Positions 1-10,274 of a stretch of DNA of 64,000 nucleotides are shown piece after piece; positions within the stretch are counted from its first letter, which is position 1; the number at the start of each line of letters is the position of its first letter. The notes under the pieces are model-generated. The model did no database searches. It was not told the DNA's origin and saw only the letters and a list, made by a program, of their open reading frames with translations. Source of the stretch: Selaginella moellendorffii (taxonomy: Eukaryota; Plantae; Lycopodiophyta); assembly GCF_000143415.4 (NCBI RefSeq), contig NW_003314294.1, positions 873,453 to 937,452 of the forward strand, in the 5' to 3' direction. A program made the translations under genes and the position numbers.

Positions 1-574
1 AACTCCTATAAAAAAACTCATGTTTCACATCAAATTGTACCAATAACATAAGAAAGATATATGCCTTTGTAGTTGCATTTTTATTATGAACATTCATCAA
101 ATTGGTAATGGGTATTGGCTGTAAGATAAGAAAAATATCAATAGGTAATTGAGAACGTAAAAGCTTACAATAGTTGAGGTGGTTAGGTTTTCAAACTTAG
201 AGGCCAAGTGTGAGATTTAGATATGTCATTGAAGTCAGTACTTCGTCATCTTCTCCCAATGCTTCAGCATCTGCAAACACTGAATCTAAGGAATATCAAG
301 TCATATACTCTAGCTAAGATATTATTGTGAGACACAAATCCCTAAGCCCCAAAGTAGAACTGAAAGTGTGCCGTATGACAATGATTGAAGCGGAAGTCTA
401 ACAAGTGTAACATGTTTAGACCAAAAGCTCCGACTCGAAAAGTCGAGAATGGGAATGGAACTCCAAATAAAATGCTCAATGAATAAGCACGAAGATCAAT
501 GAATGAGTCTCTAAAAAGGGATATAAGAGGGATTGATACATGGCAAGTGTCATGACACATGGAAGTGTAAGGAC

Positions 575-915
575 TAAGTCTGAGAAGGAGTCCGAGAAGG
601 AATCTAAGATGGAGTTCAAGATAGAGTCCGAGAAGGAGGCCGAGATGGAGTCCGAGATGGAGTCTGAAATGGAGTTTAAAGAGTCTAAGATGGAGTTCGA
701 GATGGAATCCAAGAAGGAGTCTAAGATAGAGTCTAAGAAGAAGTCCGAGATGGAATCCAAAAAGGAGTCCGAGATGGAGCCCGAGATCAAGTTCGAGATG
801 GAGTTCAAGAAGGAGTGCGAGATGGAATTCGAGATGGAGCCTGAGATCAAGTCTGAGATGGAGATTGAGATTGAGACCAAGACCGAGACAAAGACTGAGT
901 CCAAGTCTGAGTCCA
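575..915. repeat. Degenerate 12-bp/6-bp minisatellite inside the LTR (GAGATGGAGTCC-type units)
   Basis: Repeated gagatggagtcc/gagaaggagtcc units, then gagacc-type hexamers. The same array occurs inverted at 54100-54615 and 59900-60415. Confidence 0.9.
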
Positions 916-1552
916 AATACTAATACAAGTTGATGGTGAAAGCCCAAAAAGATTGTCCCTTAGAGGGCTGTGAAGGGTTCCAAAAGTATAGTAAGGAAAG
1001 TGTGGGGGTTGAACTCCAGTGGAATTAATTTAACTAGAAAATGCTAGTGTGACCTAGTATGACCTAGGAAGGCTACACCTACATAGTGGGTGATGATATA
1101 ACCACTAAGGAGTCCAAGGTTAAAGTAAATATAAATAAACAAATAGGGTAGCTTGGTGAAGTGTTCAAGAGTCGACTATAACTCCTTTAAGAGATCAAAT
1201 GATCAATACTCTCAATCCAAGTATGGGTGGCACTATCTATTTGGATATTTAGTATGGCTTATCAGAACCTCACTCTAGCCATATGGCTAAGGCATCCAGA
1301 AGCAGAAGGTAGGGGTAGTACCCATGAGGCTCATATTGGGCCACAGTGTTTCAAAATGGCTAGGGCACCCAGAAATAAAAGGTGGGGGAATACCCACAAA
1401 GCTTGGGCTAGGCTATAATGTTTCAAAATGTCATTCCAAAGTCTAAGATTATAGAAAAGAAAAGGAGCAATCCTCTTGTGTAGAGACCAAGGATAAAGTC
1501 ACATAATGAGGAAGTCCCAGAGGTTAATGGAACTTAGTGGTCGAGCCTTCGG

Positions 1553-2150
1553 TGTAAGCTCTTAAATTTGGATTTCCCAGAATATCACCTAACTCAATAC
1601 TATTCAAACTTAAAAATACTCAACCTCAAATATCCCAAAACTCTTAATCGATTGGAAAAGAGGGTGCATTTTTGTTCATGGGCCCTTTCCATTTATATTT
1701 AAACCCTTATAGATTATCTCTTGAGTCATTCTTTATGGTTGCTTATAATTTACTATATTTCCCTACAAGTTCACACCTTCGTGAATAGAAGATAGGAATC
1801 ACAGCCCTCCTAAGAGCTCTACTCTCTTGAAACCCTACCCTTCAGGTCAAGCCCAATTAGAGGCAAATTAAACTTGCTAGATGTCAATCTCAATAAGTGG
1901 TGTGATTCCCCTAGCCAACCAATAAAGTTAGACCCAAGATATATTTAATACCAAATATAAACTCCTGAGTTTTGACTTCTTTGGAGGTCACCCAATCTAA
2001 TATTATTCAAACCCAAGGATGCTTAACCCTAAATATCCCAAGACCTTTAACCAATTAGAAAAAAGGGTGCACTCTTATTTATGAGCCCTTTCCCTCTATA
2101 TTTAAACCCTTATAAACTATCTCTTAAGTTATTTTCTGTAATTGCTTATA
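1553..2150 (-). mobile_element. TRIM (terminal-repeat retrotransposon in miniature), 598 bp, nested in the solo LTR
   Basis: Two 195-bp direct repeats (1553-1747 TGTAAG...GCTTATA; 1956-2150 TATAAA...GCTTATA) around a 208-bp non-coding interior. Perfect TSD TTCGG (1548-1552, 2151-2155). On the minus strand there is a degenerate Met-type PBS (TTTGGTATTA, ~1946-1955) and a purine-rich tract (AGGGAAATATAG, ~1753-1764). The host LTR sequence rejoins across the TSD. Confidence 0.88.
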
Positions 2151-3299
2151 TTCGGGCTTTAACCCAATGGCAGTGTTGGTGAGCACAACCGTGGATAGAG
2201 AGGCACTTAATAAGGATTGAAGAAGGGATATTGGGGAAAGGTTTCTCCTATGTCTCTAAACATCCTAACGATGCTAATATATGGTTCTAAGATAACCACT
2301 TATGGACGGATAGCAGTCTTTAAAAGACTGGACTATGGCATGAGTGGTCTTAAATTACTAATGAGACAAAGGCAAATGGACATGATCTTAATATAACAGG
2401 CTAATATGTCAGTGGTATTTTTGGGGTGTATATCATAGAATCGGACATATGGAGCACTTAGACCAAGTGCAAAGGCTAAGTGGCATAAATGCCATTCATG
2501 GGGCTAATATATCCCTAAATTGGGAATAAAACTTATGAAGGTTGTGAGTGAGATTTCTCCAAGTGGTCAAAGATGTGGTTAAGTGATTAAAATAGAATGG
2601 AAAATTTTGTCATTTATAATTGTATCCTATGTTAAAAGAAAATAATAATTAATCTCAGCAAAACTTTCATAAGAAACTATTGACAACCATTACCTCAATC
2701 ATTAATGCATCAACTGGTCTACTCCTATGAGAAACAAGAGTATTTTAATGAGGATTTTAAACTAGGATTTATTCATTTTTCCAAGTGATAAATTCTATCA
2801 AACATTTGAAGTAAAGCATCGCTCTTTCCAAGGGGTGGAAGCTTGTGAAACGCTACATCAAAGGTAAGCTCTTTCCAATTTTTTCTTCTAGGTCAAGCTT
2901 ACTTCTAAAAACTAAAAATTTCCATCATGAAATATGGGCCTTCTATTGGACAATTTATGTACTATCTAGATCATGTATTTAAAAAAATTTGAACCCCTTC
3001 TTTATGTACAATTTGACTGTTCATTGTATAAAATTTTAATTAAATCAAAGCTCTCAAGAATGTACCTGAATATTCTAGGATATTTTATGATCTTTACATT
3101 TAGATTAATATTAATTATAAACATGTCTATAATTTATAAACTTTTATAAACACCAAGTAAATTTGGTCTATTACATTTAGGCTCTTTTCCTAAAATGAGT
3201 TAGTTTTGCATTATTTTATGGCAATACCTTTATGCTATAGATTTCATTATTCACCCTACCATGTAGACCCCTACAAGTAATCTTGGTGAACCATGGATG

Positions 3300-5200
3300 T
3301 AAGATAATGATGTTTAGCTATTAGGTGCTAGCTTTGACCATGTGGTCAACATGAGTCAAAGGTAAGCACATTAGAGGTTTATAGTGGTAATAACAAAGTT
3401 TTTCATGGGCATGGTAAGGAACCTCAAAAAGAACTGTAGTAGCTTAGGCAATTATCTTTGTTGTTTAATACTCTGTCATAATATTAGTATCATTGTGATA
3501 GCTGACTAATGAACATTGGAATCTTAAAGTTGATGGTGGTGCCAACAAGTGCTGATGGAGGTTGTGAGGTTTGGACTATCAACAATATCATTTATGAGCT
3601 GTGAGCCCTTAATAAAAATTAATAAGAGATATCTGATTGTTAAGTATGATGTTTGAGTATGTTGAGGCATTCAATGATAGTGCTCCAAGAAAAGTAGATT
3701 AACTCAAGATTTTAAACATTTCTAGTGATAATGGAGTGATGAGTGTTTGGCATGGTTAGCCAATGTGAAGAAGTCTTTAGCTATTAAAGAAACTTTAGTG
3801 GTTATTCTAATGGTTTTGCATGATATATATCTTCAATGGTGGAATTAGCTTGATAAGTTTTATGTTGTAGATAAAAAACCACTAGTGTCTACAATAGATG
3901 AGTTCAAGGCTTTTTTTTTTTGGTTTATGTTTAGCCTCTCACTATACATGGAGAATGCTTGCACAAAACTTTAAAACTTCTAATGATTGACACTTGGGGA
4001 CTACATTAAAAAGTTGAATTGCTTGATTAGTTATGTTCTAATCAAATATCTAAATTAAAACAAATCCTACTTCATTAATGGCCTTCAAAATGAGAGTATG
4101 AAGTAACATTTACATCATTTCATCATATAAATAGAAGAGCTCTTTGATATCACTTAAAAATGACTTATATGCTTGTTAACTCAACTATGTGTTGAGTAAA
4201 GCATAAGCTAATAACACTTATATATCAATTTTATGTTGGAGGGTTTGTTCCATGGCAGTCTAATATGGATTTTATTGGACAATGAGAGTAATAACAATTT
4301 CTTTTCCTTTTTTTTTATAAAGTTTGTTGAGGAGAACAACCTGGTGACATAAGGAGTTCTTTTTACATAATAAAAGGTGTAGCTACCTTTAAATATTATT
4401 TTAGTGCTTGTATAGATAGTTAAAAATATTGGTTGATAATATCATACTTGTGGAGACTTTTTATCTTACAAAATCTATTGTATGGATTATATTTTATGAT
4501 TGATGGAGATAAAATAAAGCATTAAGCATGTTTCATTAAAATATGGTAGTGTTAAGGATGTGTGGTGTAAAAAGGAAGTTCAATTGTTATGATTTTTATT
4601 ACATTCCAATTGCTTTATCTTTGAAATGGGTTTATTATAATGGAAAGGCAATTTTAAGTTATTTATTGTTTATTCATGACTTAAAGACCAAGACACATAT
4701 GAAAGGAGGCAATAATGTGGGATGTGCTTGAGGAGTTTGTTAATGTTTTTCCATCTAAACTTTCTCAAGGGTTACTTCTAATCCAAGGTATAGAGTATAA
4801 TATTATGCTAACAATGACAATTTATTAGCAAACTAAGCTATGTGAAGGAATAAGAAATTTAATGACAAAAGAAGTTACTTGATTTTAGATTTAATCAACC
4901 TATGGCACACCAGTCTTGCTTGTGAAAAAGAATGATAACTCAATTAATATTGATGTGTATTGATTATCATGCATTAAACAAGAAAATGATAAAGGATAAA
5001 TTGAGCAGTGGATATTATTAGATTGCAATATATGATTTATTTATGGTATTCAACACAAGTTTCAAATATTTTGAATTACAATTATGCTATTTAGATTGAC
5101 AATTACACCAACAATGTTTACTCGGTTGGTGAGTGTTACTTATACAAGTTTATAGAGATTCTTTTTGATGATATTTTTGTTTTTAGAAAGAATATAGAAA
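3300..5200 (+). mobile_element. Highly decayed Ty3/gypsy gag-pol remnant; boundaries approximate
   Basis: AT-rich and stop-riddled. Around 4955-5000 it translates as MCIDYHALNKKMIKDK, matching the gypsy RT motif MCxDYRxLNKxTxKD. A FSQGLLLIQGIEY (FPxGLPPxRGIEH-like) stretch lies near 4762-4800. Confidence 0.6.
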
Positions 5201-5207
5201 AACATCC

Positions 5208-5447
5208 AAATGTTTGTCTTGCCTCCAGCAGATACCCAGTCGAGGCAAATGTACGAATCAAGATGTTCCATGAGAAGGCGTTGGGCTGATCACTCGATCG
5301 GAAGACCGTGCGCTCACACTTTCCATACATCTGGATCATCAGATTCGCGAGATAGACTCTCCTTCAATGCTCGCTCTTGAAGATCCTGGCATCGGCGAGA
5401 TCGCGAGTATAGCCACAGCGCCGCAAGCGCACTGCGAACTCCTCCAT
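5208..5447 (-). pseudogene. Truncated PPR gene 5' fragment
   Basis: MEEFAVRLRRCGYTRDLADARIF-stop, then frameshifted YLANLMIQMYGKC...DQPNAFSWNILIRTFASTGYLLEARQTF. The sequence then breaks into AT-rich TE sequence. Confidence 0.8.
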
Positions 5448-5521
5448 GAATTGATCATCACGTGGGAGCTCTCGAGAGGCAGAGATCATGGTATCAAAGA
5501 TTTCCTCTCAAGCATTCTTCT

Positions 5522-7120
5522 CTAGATCTTTTTGCCAAGCAAGCTCCCCAGCAAGAGATAGGGCGATGCCGATCCGTCCATCCCCAGCACCGATCGCACC
5601 ACTCTAGATCCCCTCTGGACATCGCAATCGATCCGGCACGCCGCGAGCAGCGAACCCAACGAGATTTCGTCCACTGCCACTGGCATCGCCTCGATCAGCC
5701 ACTCGGCATCGCCCAATCGCCCGGATCGGCACAGCATGTCCACGACGCAGCTGTAGTGCTCCCTCGTCGCCTGCACGCCGTGATCCACCACCATCGATTC
5801 GAAGAGCGCGCAGCACTGCTCCACGAATCCGGCATGGCTGCACGCCGCCAGGATGCTCGTGAAGGTGATCTGGTCTGGCGTCTCTCCCGCCAGCATCATC
5901 GATTGGAAGAACGCGATTGCGGCGGCGCAGTGGCCACTGTGGGCGTTGGCCGCGATGATCGTGCTCCACGCCAGAACGTCCTTGCGAGGGATGCGATGGA
6001 AGGCGCGATTCGCGAGCTCCAATTGGGCATTTTGGGCATAGCCGCTGATCATCGCGCTCCAGGAGACGCTGTTGATAGCTGGGGAGGAATCAAAGATCTC
6101 TTGCGCCGCGAGCGATTCCCCGCCAGCGAAGAACGCAGCGATCATGGCGTTTGTGGAGACCACGTCGTGCTCGGGCATGGAATCAAAAGCATCTTTCGCG
6201 CGAGAGAGATCCCCATTCTGGGCATATACCGTCAGAGCAGTGTTCCACGCGTAGAGATTCCTGTGCGGCATCTTCTCGAAGACGGAATATGCTTCTTCCG
6301 GGCGGAGATTCTGGGAGTAGGCCACTATCATAGCCGTCCATGTGATAACGTTCCTCTCAACTGAGCCGTCAAACAGCCTCTGGGCGGAGTCAAGACCCCC
6401 ATCTTGGGCATTTACGACAATCATGGCCGTCCACGTCACGACATTCCAGCAAGGAATGCGCTGGAATATCTCCTGGAGCATTCCGGAATGGCCATGATCA
6501 GCGTACATCTGGAACATGGCATTCCAGGACGCAATGTCCCGTCCAATTCCCGCCATTCGATCAAACGTCGATTTTGCGAGCTCAAGGTGCCCTTTGTGGG
6601 CATATGCTTGGAACAAAGTAGTCCACGTCACAACGTTGGACGCAGGCGTATTCTCACAAAGTAGCTTTGCCTGGTCTATTACTCCGTGTGTAGTATATGC
6701 TGTGACCATGCTACTCCATGTAAATCCATTTGTCTGTGGCATCTTATCGAAGATTCTTCTTGCGTCTTCTAGATGCCCTTTCTTGGCATAGGCCGATAGC
6801 ATCGCCGTGTACGTCACTACGTTCTTCCCATCCATTCTCTCGAAAGTCTTCTTCGCCTCGATCAATCGCCCATTTTGTGCAAACGTGAGAAGCATCGAGT
6901 TCCAGGAAAAGTCGTTTGGATCGCGGAGGGACGCGAAGATTTTCTCGGATTCCTCGACGCTGCCGCATTTGCCATACATCCTGATGAGGAGATTGGAGAG
7001 AATGAGGGCTTTGTGATGCTCGCTCGCGAGGATTTCCTGGTGCAATCTCCTGCCCAGCGACAGATCTTGGAAGTCGATGCAGTGGCGGAGCGCTTGGATG
7101 AAGGATTGCAGGGATTTCAT
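5522..7120 (-). CDS. PLS-class pentatricopeptide repeat protein with E extension, no DYW (532 aa, intronless)
   Basis: Tandem ~31-aa S-type motifs (NVVTWTAMI..YAQNG..A...FD.MP), P2-L2-S2 block (PDQITFTSILAACSHAG; EHYSCVVDMLCRSGRLGDAE) and an E region ending ASPYLLLGSL. Confidence 0.93.
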   Translation of the reverse strand: MKSLQSFIQALRHCIDFQDLSLGRRLHQEILASEHHKALILSNLLIRMYGKCGSVEESEKIFASLRDPNDFSWNSMLLTFAQNGRLIEAKKTFERMDGKNVVTYTAMLSAYAKKGHLEDARRIFDKMPQTNGFTWSSMVTAYTTHGVIDQAKLLCENTPASNVVTWTTLFQAYAHKGHLELAKSTFDRMAGIGRDIASWNAMFQMYADHGHSGMLQEIFQRIPCWNVVTWTAMIVVNAQDGGLDSAQRLFDGSVERNVITWTAMIVAYSQNLRPEEAYSVFEKMPHRNLYAWNTALTVYAQNGDLSRAKDAFDSMPEHDVVSTNAMIAAFFAGGESLAAQEIFDSSPAINSVSWSAMISGYAQNAQLELANRAFHRIPRKDVLAWSTIIAANAHSGHCAAAIAFFQSMMLAGETPDQITFTSILAACSHAGFVEQCCALFESMVVDHGVQATREHYSCVVDMLCRSGRLGDAEWLIEAMPVAVDEISLGSLLAACRIDCDVQRGSRVVRSVLGMDGSASPYLLLGSLLGKKI

Positions 7121-7251
7121 CCATGATCATGCGCAGGACCTCTCCGCAAGCTTCAGCTTAACTAACCCATGTTGTCAAAATAACTCCTATAAAAATTGTG
7201 TATTTGTTTTATCTCATATCTATCACTCTTCTTTGGCTGACAGAGCATTGA

Positions 7252-8510
7252 TCAGTAATGCCATGTTCTTGTACTCCTTAGAACTTGGATTGGCCATTCC
7301 AAAATCTTCCTTTTGCCATCTTCTTGGAGACAGCGAGCACCCTGGAATCGACTCAGGTCCCAAAAGGACTCTTCAAACGATTGAACGTGCAGCATGTAAG
7401 CAGGAGTTCCAACGCTCAAAGCACTCGTCAGCTGACTTGTGCTCATGGCTCGGTTCATAAGGTCCAGTGCCGCCAATGGCGATGCAACGTGCTCTTCGGC
7501 ATCAGAAAACCCGCGCTTGAGCGACGCGATCTTCATGGGGGTATATTGCAGCAGTACAATGTGCAACTCCCTCCCGCTCATCCAGATCACCACGCCATCT
7601 ACACCTGGAAAGCAAAGGTCCTGGCCGAAACTTGAAAGGCTTGTAGCAGTACCTTGAATCCCCCTTCAACTGCTGCAGGAGTCACTTGATGCTTCTCTGT
7701 GGGATGTCAAAGTTTCGAAGCTGATACGTCCTCCTCGAATGCAGAGGAGGACCAGCCCCTTCTTCGCAGAGTGTCATCACAGAGGTGGCCCAGTGGATCA
7801 CTTTCCCGTCCGTAAGCAGCTGGCGTGCATATGCCGTCCACGCTCCGTCGGGATGAGGCTTGACAATAGCCCACGGCTCTCAGGAAGATCAACTTGATGT
7901 AAGTGGAGCAGTAGCGCCCCCTTTGAGCGTTGAGAACGTAAGTGGGATCTAGGTGTGCCATGAGCTCGTCGGTGGAGCAGCAGTGGTAGTCTTCTCCTCG
8001 CAGGACTAACTCGTCTGCCTTTCTTACAGCTGCCTTCACCTCGCAATGCCTAGAAAACGTCATGATCACGGCCTCCCAGTACTCGTCTGCTTCCTCCAGT
8101 ACCGAGGCATCCCTGGCGCAGCAGGGATGCAGCAACACGTTTCTGCTCCGAAACGTTGCTTTGCTGCACTTTTGATTCAAGGTCGTAGTTGCACGATTGG
8201 CATAGTGCATCGAGGAAAAGTGGCACAAATCCAGTGCAGAAGTAGATGCTTGAACGACGAGCAGGAATTTTCCCGAGTACCGGCATACATGGAGTACTCG
8301 TCCCGCATGCAGCAAAAAGAGCAAAACCATGAGGACTGGAGCAAAGAAAGAGTACACAACTGACTCTCCCGTAAGTAAACACGGCAGGCTCTGGAGTGCA
8401 CTACCAACTTTACCCAGGTATGGCAGGGTACTTGTTTGAATCGAACAGATCGTCTTCTTCCATGCGGCGGCTATCGCTTTATGTAGGGTAAGAACATGAC
8501 CCTGGAACAC
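7252..8510 (-). pseudogene. Decayed gene ending in a restriction-endonuclease-like (Crinkler REase-type) domain
   Basis: Minus-strand translation across a stop/frameshift gives SAFEEDV (~7745-7725), then LCFPGVDGVVIW...LHIVLLQYT (7617-7540). This is the E...PxxD...QxT order seen in PD-(D/E)xK folds. Motif recognition only. Confidence 0.45.
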
Positions 8511-8653
8511 GAAGCAGTAACTTCTACTTCGTAATCTCGGTCGGTTCTCGTCTCCCAGATTGACAACAAGCGGAGGCCAAATTTAAATCTAAGCCGTTCG
8601 TTTACTACTTAGGGTTTGCAAAAGCTGGAGCATCGACGAAAGCATCGAGGACG

Positions 8654-8875
8654 ATGCCAAGGGAAGAGCTTGAGCCACTGCATGTTCTTGGTGCTCTACT
8701 GGTTTTGATGGTCATCTTTGGAGTAGTCTTTGGTGGGATGGGTATGATGGCCATTGCTTTGGTGACGACTGTGATCATCCCCTGCTGGATGTGGAGAGAG
8801 TTCAAGGTTGGGCCATTCCATGTCAAAGCCCTCGGCTTTGCAGGTACTCTCTCCTTTTTTACTTCACATTTCTAG
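8654..8875 (+). CDS. Possible small membrane protein (73-aa ORF with two hydrophobic segments); may be spliced
   Basis: ATG start; hydrophobic VLGALLVLMVIFGVVFGGMGMMAIALVTTVIIPCW; possible donor CAG|GTAC near 8844. No family recognised. Confidence 0.3.
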   Translation: MPREELEPLHVLGALLVLMVIFGVVFGGMGMMAIALVTTVIIPCWMWREFKVGPFHVKALGFAGTLSFFTSHF

Positions 8876-9916
8876 AAAAACTTCGACAGAGCAAACTCGA
8901 AGAAACAAGCCCCCAAAGGAACGCAGGAACCGTCGTCCAGATCCAGAGCAGTGCTCATGTTGCTACTTTGACACTGCGAACTGTAGGTACCATTCTAGAT
9001 TCGTCAACTAGAAATTCTCGTGAAGCTCAGAGATCTGCTGCAAATCAACCGTTCAATTCTAGCTCCATTCTGGGTTCCTTGGCAAGCCTACTAGTTTGAC
9101 GACTGGACATGGGAGAAAGGAACTTCAACTTCCCTCTATGTCACAGTTTGTATGAGCATCGAGTCTTCTCTTCCAGGACCAAAGGAGGACTTAGCTCCTC
9201 GGTGCTGTTCGCGTTTTTTGGTTGCGACTCCAAATAAAAAAGGCTCAACGCCGATATGAAAGCGAAGAACGCAAAGGTATGAAGCGATGAAAACGTTTCG
9301 CAGATCTTTTCTTCTCCTTACCACTGATGCAATATATCAGAAGAGATCGAGACTGGTGTTTAACGCGACTTGTAGAAGGCGCGCTGGCAAGAGGATGGCG
9401 GCTGTGCGTGACGCGCTCGATCCGGCCACGGAAAGTCCTCCCAGGCAAGGCTCGACGCCGTCGCCTTCCTTTCGCGTTCTCGGGCACGTATCCAGCCTCC
9501 TGGCTGCGCCAGGATTCGTTCCTTGGCGAGCAGTAGCACTGGCATCCGAATTCCAGAAGCGCTTATGCAGTCTCCGCGAGGAGTGCGTGGAGAGCAGGCA
9601 CAGGTTTCCATCTGGAAGTCGGATCACAATACCGAGACTAAATGATGGTACAGGGAAAAGCTCACCTTATATACCGCTGACCACGTCAACTTGGTCAAAG
9701 TTCTTCGCTAGCTAATGAGTCTTTGATAAAATGCTCCCTACATTTCTTGAGGATTCTTTGACATATCGATCATAGACATCGCTTACATTCGGAGTTCTTC
9801 TCTTTTGGGACCAATTACCTGACACAAATGACGTTTGGAGATAGCCACTTTTTGGAGTCGGCCAGCTTATCGGCATTGCGACCGAGCAAGGGAGAAAAGC
9901 AAGGAATGGTTTGATA

Positions 9917-9950
<34 letters not shown>
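9917..9950. repeat. Compound microsatellite (TG)n(AG)n
   Basis: tgtgtgtgtgtgtgtg followed directly by agagagagagagagagag. Confidence 0.95.
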
Positions 9951-10149
9951 CGGGTAGACCGAGACGATGGAATTCCACGAGACTGTGGATTTGTGTGGCA
10001 TTGATGATCGCTGGCAGCTCCCATACATGTGGATGAGCGTGTTCGCGATCTTCGTCTCGGATCGTTCGCTCCTTTTTAAGGTTCCCGCGAAAGGCTTACA
10101 TGTACAAGTAAGAACCCTAAAATCGTGGAAAGATGTGATGCTTGCTTAC

Positions 10150-10233
10150 TTGGTGCAATCTCCTTCCCAGCGACAGATCTTGGAGGTCAATGCAGTGTCG
10201 GAGGTTTTGTGTGAAGTATTGTAGGGATTTCAT
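10150..10233 (-). pseudogene. Duplicated first 28 codons of the PPR gene at 7120
   Basis: MKSLQYFTQNLRHCIDLQDLSLGRRLHQ versus MKSLQSFIQALRHCIDFQDLSLGRRLHQ. Similarity stops at a GTAAGC donor-like site. Confidence 0.85.
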
Positions 10234-10274
10234 GCTCCAGGAATGCCGTTGGGAGCCAAATCTCCTCTTTGGGA

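Larger units (their letters stand above)
326..2618 (+). mobile_element. Solo LTR of the same family as the tandem element at 53097-64000, interrupted by a nested TRIM
   Basis: Starts TGTGAGACACAAATCCCTA and ends TAGAATGGAAAATTTTGTCATTTATA. Both ends match the reverse complement of the LTR termini at 60646 and 58905. Flanked by ATTAT (321-325) and ATTGT (2619-2623), a 4/5 TSD. No PBS or internal region follows. Confidence 0.9.

Noticed and set aside
342-947. ORFs of 127-201 aa (ESEME/LGLHL/DSISD repeats)
   Set aside because: Stop-free frames produced by the LTR minisatellite, open on both strands.
5462-6364. 300-aa + strand ORF and similar alternative-frame ORFs over all PPR genes (e.g. 10142-10948, 10955-11911, 18675-19367)
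   Set aside because: By-products of high GC3 in the PPR coding sequence; no motifs.
7160-7200. 14-nt match (aactcctataaaaa) to the window start
   Set aside because: Too short and AT-rich to support homology.
9287-9715. 142-aa ORF
   Set aside because: No recognisable domain or supported splice model; cannot be called.
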